Shown here: one piece after another, positions 9,407 to 17,512 of the stretch
Position numbering within the stretch: position 1 is the first letter of the stretch
Layout: each line of letters starts with the position of its first letter
Source: Pyrinomonadaceae bacterium
GTDB taxonomy: Bacteria; Acidobacteriota; Blastocatellia; Pyrinomonadales; Pyrinomonadaceae
DNA: 64,000 bases
Direction: 5' to 3'
Assembly (NCBI GenBank): GCA_046313635.1
Contig: JBKBYA010000001.1
Span: 863,481 to 927,480 of the forward strand
The notes under the pieces: model-generated
Databases searched by the model: none
Told to the model about the DNA's origin: nothing
Seen by the model: only the letters and a program-made list of their open reading frames with translations
Program-made: the position numbers and the translations under genes

Positions 9407-11041
9407 TTACCGCTGCGTCAGCTCCGGCGGAAGCTGCTTGTCGATCTTGGGACGTTCCTTCAGGTCCGTGAGTTCCCAGAGTGTGAGAAAGATGGTCCGC
9501 GTGACCTTTTCCATCTTTGCGTAGTCGATCTTGTCCGGGTGATCGGACGCCTGATGGTAGTCCTCGTGCACGCCGTCAAACCAGAACGCGATCGGGATGC
9601 CGTTCACCGCGTAGTTGAAATGGTCCGAACGGAAGAAGAATCGGTTGGTATCTTTCGGGTCGTCGTAACGCGTGTCGTACTTCAGACCGAGGTAACCGGC
9701 GTTGGCCGCGTCGACGACGGCGCCCAGCGTCGAGCTCATCATGTCCTTGCCGATAACGTAGATCTCGTTCTCGCCGGAGAGCTCCTTATTCTTGGGGTTT
9801 GTGTCGTCCGGTTTGCGGCTGCGGCCGATCATATCGATGTTGAGCTGGGCGATGACCTTCTTGATATCGACCGTCGGGAACTTATTGAAGTATTCGCTGC
9901 CCCACAGACCTTTCTCTTCGCCGGCGTGCCAAACGAAGAGCACCGACCGCTTTGGTCGCTTGGGCGCCTTGGCGAGAGCCTCGGCGATCGAGAGCACCGC
10001 GACCGTGCCCGAGCCGTCGTCGTCGGCGCCGTTCCAGATCTTGTCCGGGCCGGGTGCATTCGGATTTGTCCCGACGTGATCGTAGTGAGCTCCGATGGCG
10101 ACCATTTCGCTCTTGAGAGCGGGATCGCTGCCTTCCCAAATAGCGACGACGTTCTGGGTCGAGAGCTTTTCGACCTTGCTGGCGGTCGAAAGCCGCCCGG
10201 TCTTCGTGGTCACGAATGCCGACGCCGAACTCTTATCTCCCGACTCGCCGGCAAAGATCGCGCTGCCGACCTTTTCTGAAACGATAAATAGCGGCATGTC
10301 CGACGGCGCGTTTGCGCGTTCGCCGCGCAGTTTGTCGACATACATCGAACCGCGGCCGAGAAACCCGCGAAGCTGCGGCCACATCGCCTGGAGCTGCGGC
10401 GGAGCGATAACGATAACTCCGGCGGCTCCCTTGACGCGAGCGTACGCGACCGGGTTGGCCCAGTCGACGCCCGATTCGCCCTTGAGGTCGTCTTCGGTCA
10501 CGCCCGCGGGCCGCGGGATGAGCGTCTGCTGGCTGAATGTCGGGCTCGACAGCACAACGATCTTGCCCGCGACGTCGACGCCCGCGTAGGCGTCGATGCC
10601 CTTGGACTTGACGAGCCAGCCGTCCTTGGCAAAGACCAGTTGCCCCGAGGCGGTGCCCTTGCCGCCGACGCGGTAGAAGTCGTCGGCAAAATTGAATTTT
10701 TGCCCGGCGATCTCGAGCGTGGTCTGCGAGTGATCGATGCTCTCACGCGTGAGGGCCATCTTCTGAAAGAACGTGCCGTCGTCGCCCGCCGGTTTAAAGC
10801 CCCAGCGCGAGAGCAGCATCGCGATGAACTTTGCCGTCGTGTCGAGCCCGCGCGACGGCGTGTCGCGGCCCTCCATCTCGTCGGAGGCGACGAAGTAAAG
10901 ATAATCGCGGAGCTGTCCGGCAGTGATGGCTTCGGCGAGCTTTTTCTCCTGCGGCGTGATCTTGACGGCCGTTTGCGCAACCGAGGCGGACGGCAACAGG
11001 AACGTGAAAACCAAAAGTAGGCCTAATAGATGTCTTCGCAT
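9407..11041 (-). CDS. M28 family aminopeptidase with PA domain
   Basis: Signal peptide; GAHYDH, GADDDGSG, GEEKGLWGS, NIDMIGR, RSDH and YHQASD zinc-ligand motifs. Confidence 0.93.
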   Translation of the reverse strand: MRRHLLGLLLVFTFLLPSASVAQTAVKITPQEKKLAEAITAGQLRDYLYFVASDEMEGRDTPSRGLDTTAKFIAMLLSRWGFKPAGDDGTFFQKMALTRESIDHSQTTLEIAGQKFNFADDFYRVGGKGTASGQLVFAKDGWLVKSKGIDAYAGVDVAGKIVVLSSPTFSQQTLIPRPAGVTEDDLKGESGVDWANPVAYARVKGAAGVIVIAPPQLQAMWPQLRGFLGRGSMYVDKLRGERANAPSDMPLFIVSEKVGSAIFAGESGDKSSASAFVTTKTGRLSTASKVEKLSTQNVVAIWEGSDPALKSEMVAIGAHYDHVGTNPNAPGPDKIWNGADDDGSGTVAVLSIAEALAKAPKRPKRSVLFVWHAGEEKGLWGSEYFNKFPTVDIKKVIAQLNIDMIGRSRKPDDTNPKNKELSGENEIYVIGKDMMSSTLGAVVDAANAGYLGLKYDTRYDDPKDTNRFFFRSDHFNYAVNGIPIAFWFDGVHEDYHQASDHPDKIDYAKMEKVTRTIFLTLWELTDLKERPKIDKQLPPELTQR

Positions 11042-11185
11042 TTTGTCTCCAGAGTTTTATTGCGGATCAAGTACCTTGGTACGCGACGGGCGGCGAGAGA
11101 GTTTCAATTTGATGGTCGGGAAGCGGGCCGCGGGCCGGCCTCGAAGGAGCGGGTCGAGAGCGTCGCGCGCCGACGAAAGGCAGGA

Positions 11186-12010
11186 TCACGGGGCCGCGAC
11201 ATTCTCCCGCGAGATCGATCCGACGATAGCGATCTTGTGACGATCGGCGAGTTCGATCATTCGCTCTCGATCGAAGACGAGCGTCTTTCCCGCCGTCACC
11301 GATAGGCAGGTCGCGCCGGCCTCGATCATCGTCTCGATCGTCGGCACGCCGACCACGGGCACGTCGAAGCGCATATCCTGATCGGGCTTTGCGACCTTGA
11401 CGACGGTCAGCTTACCTTTGGCGAGCTCGCCCGCACGGCGGATCGTTGCGTCGGTGCCCTCCATCGCCTCGATCGCGACGCACGCGCTCGCCCGCACGAC
11501 GATCGTCTGGCCGAGATCGAGCCGCGCGATCTCGTGCGCGATGTGCAGGCCGTAGTCGATATTGGCGAGCTCGGTCTCGTTGGGTTTGCGTTTTGTCAGC
11601 ACGCCTTCGGGTGCGAGCCGGTCCTTGATGAAGTAGGTCGAGTCGATCAGCTCGATGCCTTCTTTGGCCATCTCGTCCGCCACGCCGCCGATGAGCGCGT
11701 CGGTGTTGCGGCGGGGAAGATTCCAGAGCATCTTCACCATCCGCAGGTCGGGCAGCGAGCCCGAAAAGATCTGCACGTGCTTGACCTGCCCGGCCATGAT
11801 CGCCTTTGTCACGCCGCGGCTCTTAAAGTGCGAGATCATCTTGCCCAACTGACCGATCCCGACCCACGCGACATCCTCGGCGACCTCGTCGATACGCTTG
11901 TCCGTTTCTTCTTTGATCGCGACGACCGTCAAAGACGCGCCGGCCCTGCGTGCGCCTTCGAGGACAAGAAAAGGGAACTGGCCGTTACCGGCGATGAGGC
12001 CGTATCTCAT
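11186..12010 (-). CDS. lpxI: UDP-2,3-diacylglucosamine pyrophosphatase LpxI (DUF1009)
   Basis: GLIAGNGQFP, LDLGQT, AIEAMEGTD, KPDQDMRFDVP. Confidence 0.93.
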   Translation of the reverse strand: MRYGLIAGNGQFPFLVLEGARRAGASLTVVAIKEETDKRIDEVAEDVAWVGIGQLGKMISHFKSRGVTKAIMAGQVKHVQIFSGSLPDLRMVKMLWNLPRRNTDALIGGVADEMAKEGIELIDSTYFIKDRLAPEGVLTKRKPNETELANIDYGLHIAHEIARLDLGQTIVVRASACVAIEAMEGTDATIRRAGELAKGKLTVVKVAKPDQDMRFDVPVVGVPTIETMIEAGATCLSVTAGKTLVFDRERMIELADRHKIAIVGSISRENVAAP

Positions 12011-12306
12011 TTCTTTGGCTCGTGAAACGGGCCGCGAACGGCAAGTACCCGCACCGTTCTCCGGTCAATCTCGAACAAAACCCTGCAGCGATCCATCACC
12101 AGATGTCGCACTTCCCGCCGGTCGAAGTTTAAGTCGGGGGCCAGCGGGCAACTCTTGGGGTGTTGAGCCAAGCGGTCCTTAATGACACGCCGCAACGCGA
12201 TGGCCCAGGATCTCGCCTTGGTAACTCCCCAATTGCGGACGCCCCACTCGAAGGACGCGAGAATATCCGCCTCAGCTGAAAGGGCGATCGTTACTTTGTA
12301 CTTCAT
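12007..12306 (-). CDS. type II TA toxin, RelE/ParE family
   Basis: 99 aa, YKVTIALSAEADI...RVLFEID..VRVLAVR; lies downstream of a Phd-type antitoxin with a 4-nt overlap. Confidence 0.82.
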   Translation of the reverse strand: MKYKVTIALSAEADILASFEWGVRNWGVTKARSWAIALRRVIKDRLAQHPKSCPLAPDLNFDRREVRHLVMDRCRVLFEIDRRTVRVLAVRGPFHEPKK

Positions 12307-12596
12307 TCGTTGAAGGGAATGTCGTACTTCGCGAACATTTCGTCAAAGAACTCTTCCGCGTCGCGAACGCGTCCCGCCTTTACGTCCTCACGCGCGCGCC
12401 TGATCGCGGCAATGACGTCGAGACGCTCTTTTTCGCGGAGGTAATCTTCGTAACTGTCGGGGTCGAGGACCACTGCTGCGGCCTTACCATTGACCGTCAG
12501 GATGATCGGCTCACCGGTTCTCTTGATCTGCCTGATCAGTTTTGCGGAGTCCCTCTTGAATACGCTAAGACTCTGGATATCGCGAGACAGCTTCAT
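12303..12596 (-). CDS. type II TA antitoxin, Phd/YefM family
   Basis: IQSLSVFKR...GEPIILTVNGKAAAVV..YE Phd signature. Confidence 0.88.
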   Translation of the reverse strand: MKLSRDIQSLSVFKRDSAKLIRQIKRTGEPIILTVNGKAAAVVLDPDSYEDYLREKERLDVIAAIRRAREDVKAGRVRDAEEFFDEMFAKYDIPFNE

Positions 12597-12686
12597 GGAA
12601 AAAAGCTTATCACACGTTGCCGAATTCGCACTGAATTTGACAACGGACCGCCGGCCGGAGCGGAGAAGGTGATATCCGGTTGACGA

Positions 12687-13607
12687 TCAAGTCCGCGTTT
12701 CGGCTTGCTCCCTTGCGTGGTACGACGAGCGCGTGAGCGGTGACGACTCGACGTGCTTGAAGCCCATGTCGAGGCCGATGCGCTTCCATTCGGCAAATTC
12801 TTCGGGTGTAACGTAGCGCTCGACGGGCAGGCGCTTTTCGTAGGGCTGAAGGTACTGGCCGATGGTCATGATGTCGCACGAGACCTTGCGAAGGTCGCGC
12901 ATCAGGTCGACGACCTCTTCAAAGGTCTCGCCGAGCCCTGCCATGATGCCGCTCTTGGTGAGCATCTGCGGGAATTGTGAATCGCGGTATCGCGCCGCGC
13001 GATCGAGCAGCTCGAGTGTCTGGTCGTACTTGGCATCGGGACGAACGCGGCGGTAGAGGCGGGCGATCGTCTCGGTGTTGTGATTGAGCACGTCGGGCCG
13101 CGCGCTGAGGACGTTGTTGAGCGCGGTCTCGTCGCCGTTGAAGTCGGGGATCAAAACCTCGACCTTGCAGTCGGGATTGAGCTCGCGGACCTTGGTTATC
13201 GTCTCCGCCCAATGCATCGAGCCGCCGTCGGGCAGATCGTCGCGGTTGACCGAAGTGATCACGGCGTGAGCGAGCCCGAGATGCGCGACGGCCTGTGCGA
13301 CATTCGCCGGCTCCATCGGATCGAGGTCCATCGGCTTGCCCTTGTTGACCGCGCAGAATCCGCAGTGCCGCGTGCACGTGTCGCCGCCGAGCATGAAGGT
13401 CGCCGTGCGATCGGTCCAGCATTCAAAGATGTTCGGGCACTTGGCTTCCTGGCAGACGGTGTGCAGGTTGAGGCCCTCGATCAGGTTGAGCACCGCGTTC
13501 TGATTCGACGGGTCGCCGAGCTTGATCTTGAGCCAATCGGGCTTTTTGAGCCGCTCGCGCTGCTTGCGGTTTAGAAATTTTTGGACGAGGACCTTTTCTT
13601 CGATCAT
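12687..13607 (-). CDS. lipA: lipoyl synthase
   Basis: CQEAKCPNIFEC, CTRHCGFC (radical SAM motif), C-terminal RSSYHA. Confidence 0.97.
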   Translation of the reverse strand: MIEEKVLVQKFLNRKQRERLKKPDWLKIKLGDPSNQNAVLNLIEGLNLHTVCQEAKCPNIFECWTDRTATFMLGGDTCTRHCGFCAVNKGKPMDLDPMEPANVAQAVAHLGLAHAVITSVNRDDLPDGGSMHWAETITKVRELNPDCKVEVLIPDFNGDETALNNVLSARPDVLNHNTETIARLYRRVRPDAKYDQTLELLDRAARYRDSQFPQMLTKSGIMAGLGETFEEVVDLMRDLRKVSCDIMTIGQYLQPYEKRLPVERYVTPEEFAEWKRIGLDMGFKHVESSPLTRSSYHAREQAETRT

Positions 13608-13739
13608 ACTGCCTGCATTCCCCTGCCGGGACTGAACCTAAAGTTTAACACCGCATACGTATTCGCCTCTAATCAGACAAAGATTCGGGTGGCAACCGAT
13701 AGATCGCCACCCGAAAACTCCTCTGCTCGAATTGTGTGT

Positions 13740-14369
13740 TTAAGCTCCCGTCCCGCCAGCCGACTCCTGCAAACGCGAGCTGACGGCGTCCCAGTTGATG
13801 TTAGAGAAGAATGCCTCGATGTATTTCGGTCGATCGGCCGGAGCGTAATCGCGGATGAAGGCGTGTTCCCAGACGTCCATGATCAGGATCGGCCGGTAGC
13901 CGGCAACGTTGCCGGTCTCGTGCAGGTTGATCCAGTGGTTCGAGAGCGCTCCGTTTGACGGGTCCTGATAGGTCGCGGCCCAGCCGACGCCTCGCATCTT
14001 ACCGGTCGCGATAAAGTCGGCCTTCCAAACCTCGTAGCTGCCGAAGCTCTCCTCAGCGGCTTTGTAGAACGCCGAGTCCTTGTTCGCGTCGCCGGTGCCC
14101 TGCTTCATCATATTGCCGAAGTAGTACTCGTGCAGGACCATGCCGTTGTATTCGAAACCATAGCGGCGGCGAAGCTCGGAGAACGCGGCCATCTTGGTCG
14201 GGTCGAGCTGGCCGTCGCCGATCAGGTCGCTGATCTGCTCGTTAAGCAGGTTCGTGTTGGTGACGTAACCTTCGTACAGCTTGAAGTGCATTGCGAGAGT
14301 TTCGTCCGAGATGCCGTTGAGCCCGCTCAGATCGAACGATTGTGCTTTGTAGACTGTGTTCAAACCCAT
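13740..14369 (-). CDS. Fe/Mn superoxide dismutase family protein (ChrC-like branch)
   Basis: MHFKLYEGYV, NGMVLHEYYF and MDVWEHAF metal ligands. Start moved to ATG 14369 because the ORF-track extension overlaps the ferredoxin gene. Confidence 0.9.
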   Translation of the reverse strand: MGLNTVYKAQSFDLSGLNGISDETLAMHFKLYEGYVTNTNLLNEQISDLIGDGQLDPTKMAAFSELRRRYGFEYNGMVLHEYYFGNMMKQGTGDANKDSAFYKAAEESFGSYEVWKADFIATGKMRGVGWAATYQDPSNGALSNHWINLHETGNVAGYRPILIMDVWEHAFIRDYAPADRPKYIEAFFSNINWDAVSSRLQESAGGTGA

Positions 14370-14410
14370 TGCCTTTTTTCTCCTTACTATCGTGCTGTCG
14401 AATAACTGGC

Positions 14411-14755
14411 TTACGGTGTGTCCTCGATCGCGGGCCGCGGGCCGGCGTCGATGCCTTTGACGCTTGCCTGGTTGATGACGCGGACCTTGAGATCGTCGGC
14501 GACTCGTATCTGACACGAGAGCCGTGTGTGGTCGCCGAGGTCGGCCTTGGTCGCGAGTATGGCTTTTTCGGCGTCGCGGATCTCGCCCGGGTCGCCCTCG
14601 AGCACCTCGACGCGGCAGGTCGTACAGCGAGCGTTGCCGCCGCAGCGGTGCAGAATGTCGATGCCGTTGTCCTCGAGTGCATGGACGAGCTTGGTACCGG
14701 GTTCTGTCTCAAAAGTGATCGGGCCGTTGGCGGTTTCGGCGGTGATGGTGCGCAT
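14411..14755 (-). CDS. [2Fe-2S] ferredoxin
   Basis: CGGNARCTTC...RLSCQ. Confidence 0.92.
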   Translation of the reverse strand: MRTITAETANGPITFETEPGTKLVHALEDNGIDILHRCGGNARCTTCRVEVLEGDPGEIRDAEKAILATKADLGDHTRLSCQIRVADDLKVRVINQASVKGIDAGPRPAIEDTP

Positions 14756-14840
14756 CAAAAATCTCCAGCTTGAAATCGATATAGATCGCTATTTTATTGA
14801 ATTTGGCACAAAGAAATCGCGAAATCAAATTTAGCCGTTT

Positions 14841-15629
14841 TTACGGTATCGGTATCACGGCCTTGCGGTCGGCAGGCGGCCGGTCGCCCTGATACAGCAC
14901 CTTCTCGAGATAGAGTCCCGACGGCGGAGCGGTGAATTTCGCGGCCGCGTCGGAGCGGAATTTGAGCATTCGCTCAAACCCGCGATAGTCCAGATCGCCG
15001 CGGCCGACCTCGGCAAGCATGCCGACGATGCGGCGGACCATCTTCCATAAAAAGTGGCTCGCGCCGATGCGAAAGCAGATCAGGTCGCCGTCCGTGAAGA
15101 CCTCGGCCCGCTCGACCTTGACGACGGTCGACTGCTTTTTGCCCTCCTCGATCTCGGCGAACGAATAAAAGTCGTGCCTGCCGACCAGCATCGCCGCAGC
15201 CTCGGCCATCGCGGCCGGGTCGAGGCGGTCCTTTATCCACCAGACGAAATTCTTGCCGAATGCGGTTCGACGCGTGGCGATCTGGTAAAGGTAGTAGCGG
15301 GCGACGGCGTCGTGTCGGGCGTGAAAATTGTCGGGAGCGTTCGAGACCTTGCGGATGTTGATGTCGTGGGGCAAAAGGTCGTTGATCGCGAGCTGTATCT
15401 GCCGCGGCGTCACGTTCGCTCGCAGCTCGGGCACGCGAAGATGGGCGACCTGCCCGACGGCGTGCACACCCGCGTCGGTGCGGCCCGAGCCGTAGATCTC
15501 GGCCCGCGATTCGAATATCTGGCGCACGGCGCGCTCCAGTTCACCCTGAACCGTCTTTGCGTTGTGCTGGATCTGCCAGCCGCGGTAACGAGTGCCTTCG
15601 TATTCAAGATCAAGTCGCCAAGTAGGCAT
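14841..15629 (-). CDS. truA: tRNA pseudouridine(38-40) synthase
   Basis: EYEGTRYRGWQ, GSGRTDAGVHA, FHAR, FLWKMVR, APPSGLYL. Confidence 0.96.
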   Translation of the reverse strand: MPTWRLDLEYEGTRYRGWQIQHNAKTVQGELERAVRQIFESRAEIYGSGRTDAGVHAVGQVAHLRVPELRANVTPRQIQLAINDLLPHDINIRKVSNAPDNFHARHDAVARYYLYQIATRRTAFGKNFVWWIKDRLDPAAMAEAAAMLVGRHDFYSFAEIEEGKKQSTVVKVERAEVFTDGDLICFRIGASHFLWKMVRRIVGMLAEVGRGDLDYRGFERMLKFRSDAAAKFTAPPSGLYLEKVLYQGDRPPADRKAVIPIP

Positions 15630-15635
15630 AGGGTG

Positions 15636-15744
15636 TAGTTGCGGAGTTGCGGGTAGTTGCGGAAAGTTGCAGATAGTTGCAGATAGTTGCAGATAGTTGC
15701 AGATAGTTTCAGAGAGTTTTGGGAAGTTTTAGAAAGTTGTGTTG
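15636..15744. repeat. tandem array of ~10-bp AGTTGCAGAT units
   Basis: Four perfect AGTTGCAGAT copies (15665-15704) plus about 7 degenerate copies on both sides. Confidence 0.9.
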
Positions 15745-15745
15745 C

Positions 15746-16117
15746 TCATTTGTTTGTTGATCGCAGGTATTGAGCGAGCGAGAGCGTCATTCTCGAAATC
15801 TCGGTCAGCAGGCCGTAGAGTTCAGTGAATTCGCTCTCCGAGATATAGCCGAGTTCGCGGGCAAGGTGAAGGTGCGACTGGACCTCGGCGGCTGAGCCTC
15901 GTGCGAGATTCAGGAAGTTTGCAAATTCTGTGTTCGACTTGCGGCCGTGGCCTTCGGCGATATTTGCCATGATCGAGACCGAGGCTCGGCGGATCTGGTC
16001 TCGCAATCCAAAATCCCGAACAAAACCTCCGTCGTTGGTTGCGGCGTAGATCCGCACGGTTACGGCCCTGGCCTTTTGCCACGCCTCGATCTCCTCAAAG
16101 CTGCTGAAACGCGCCAT
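15746..16117 (-). CDS. four helix bundle protein (23S rRNA IVP / Avd-like family)
   Basis: FEEIEAWQKA, DQIRRASVSIMANIAEG, FLNLARGSAAEVQSHL. Confidence 0.93.
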   Translation of the reverse strand: MARFSSFEEIEAWQKARAVTVRIYAATNDGGFVRDFGLRDQIRRASVSIMANIAEGHGRKSNTEFANFLNLARGSAAEVQSHLHLARELGYISESEFTELYGLLTEISRMTLSLAQYLRSTNK

Positions 16118-16127
16118 AACACGCTAA

Positions 16128-16248
16128 AACTATCCGCAACTCTGCAACTATCTGCAACTCTGCAACTATCCGCAACTCTGCAACTATCTGCAACTCCGCA
16201 ACTATCTGCAACTCTGCAACTGTCTGCAACTCCGCAACTCTGTAACTA
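16128..16248. repeat. tandem array of 18-bp units AACTATCYGCAACTCYGC (reverse complement of the 15636 array)
   Basis: Six 18-bp units made of alternating 10- and 8-bp subunits with core ATCTGCAACT. Confidence 0.92.
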
Positions 16249-16641
16249 CTTCCCCCCGATCTTTACCTTTTCGCGAAATTGATTGATCGCGACGTATGTG
16301 ACCTCGGCTTCGGTGACCTTTACTTTTTGGCCGGTAGAGCCGAAGCGCTCGGCTTCGACGACGACGTGTACGGTGATCGACGTCGAGCCGACGCGGAGCG
16401 TCTCGGCGTAAAAGCTGACAAGGTCGCCCATAAAGACCGGCTCGTGAAAGATGACCTCTTTCATCGCGACCGTGACAAAGCGGTCATGCTTTGTATGGCG
16501 AACGGCCTCGACGCCGCCGGCGACGTCGATGTAGCTCAGGATGATGCCGCCGAATACGGTACCGTGCGCATTGGTGTCGCGCGGCATCATCGTCAAGCGT
16601 ATCGCGGCCTCTTTTGGTGTCTGTTGGTTGTTCTGGTCCAT
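16246..16641 (-). CDS. acyl-CoA thioesterase (YciA-like hotdog fold)
   Basis: MPRDTNAHGTVFGG..LSYID, VGSTSI. Confidence 0.92.
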   Translation of the reverse strand: MDQNNQQTPKEAAIRLTMMPRDTNAHGTVFGGIILSYIDVAGGVEAVRHTKHDRFVTVAMKEVIFHEPVFMGDLVSFYAETLRVGSTSITVHVVVEAERFGSTGQKVKVTEAEVTYVAINQFREKVKIGGK

Positions 16642-16659
16642 TCGTTTGCCCTTCGCAAT

Positions 16660-16716
16660 AACTGAAAACCGATAGCTGAGAACTGACAGCGATTTCTCGG
16701 TTATCAGCTATCAGTT
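16660..16716. repeat. short inverted heptamer array
   Basis: AACTGAA AACCGAT AGCTGAG AACTGAC ... GTTATCA GCTATCA GTT. Confidence 0.6.
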
Positions 16717-17365
16717 ATTTCGGAGAAATATGCTTCACCGTCCAATTGCGTATCGTCTCGCGTAATCGATCAAGGTGATCGTCAAAAAAGTGGCCGCAGT
16801 TGTCGAATATGACGAGTTCGGTCTCTGTGTTCTGCCCGACGCGGTCGACGAGCTTCTTCAAGTTTTCGACAGAGCCAAATTCGTCGCGGTCGCCGTGGAC
16901 AAATAGGATCGGCTTGCGGCACGCGGTCAGGAATTCGTAGTCGAGATACTTGTCGACCGGCGTGCCGATGCTGATCAGCCGCACGACGCGGTCGTCCGAG
17001 ACGCCGACCTCCATCCCGGTGCGCGAGCCGAAGGAGAAGCCGGCGAGCGTGATCTCGTCGGTCGGGTATTTTGCTGCGAGATAGTCGAGCGCGTCGCGGA
17101 CGTCCTCGCGGCCGCCCTCGATCTCGTCGTGCGTGCCGGTCGATGCGCCGACGCCGCGAAAGTTGAATCTCATCGTCACGAGTCCCGCGTCGACCAGCCC
17201 TGCGGCCGCGCGAAAGACGACCTTGTTGTGCATCGTCCCGCCGCCGAGCGGGTGCGGATGGCAGACCAGACCGACGCCGCGGCGCTCGCCGCCGTGCGGC
17301 TCCTTGATGATCGCCTCGAGCTGCCCGTGCGAGGCAGGGACCATAAGATTGCCCTTCGGGTACAT
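16715..17365 (-). CDS. alpha/beta hydrolase
   Basis: CHPHPLGGGTMHNKV, RFNFRGVG, GFSFG nucleophile elbow, HGDRDE, GHFF; start at ATG 17365. Confidence 0.9.
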   Translation of the reverse strand: MYPKGNLMVPASHGQLEAIIKEPHGGERRGVGLVCHPHPLGGGTMHNKVVFRAAAGLVDAGLVTMRFNFRGVGASTGTHDEIEGGREDVRDALDYLAAKYPTDEITLAGFSFGSRTGMEVGVSDDRVVRLISIGTPVDKYLDYEFLTACRKPILFVHGDRDEFGSVENLKKLVDRVGQNTETELVIFDNCGHFFDDHLDRLRETIRNWTVKHISPK

Positions 17366-17512
17366 ATCGAAATTTTTGATTGTAGGTTCTCGGTGAGGCT
17401 TATTCAACAGCCGCTCAAAACGCCCGAGGGCCGAAATTAGAAGTCGCGGCCGCATTCGTGATACTTTTCTTTTGTTCAAGAACGACCGCAGACGACTGGT
17501 TTTGACCGCTCA

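Noticed and set aside
15636..16248. CRISPR array or diversity-generating retroelement (Avd-like gene plus repeats)
   Set aside because: The repeats are contiguous 8-18-bp units with no spacers; no cas gene, reverse transcriptase or TR/VR pair is seen in the window.
15947..16282. ORF with LSATLQ hexapeptide repeats
   Set aside because: It is a translation of the 18-bp DNA repeat, antisense to the four-helix-bundle gene.
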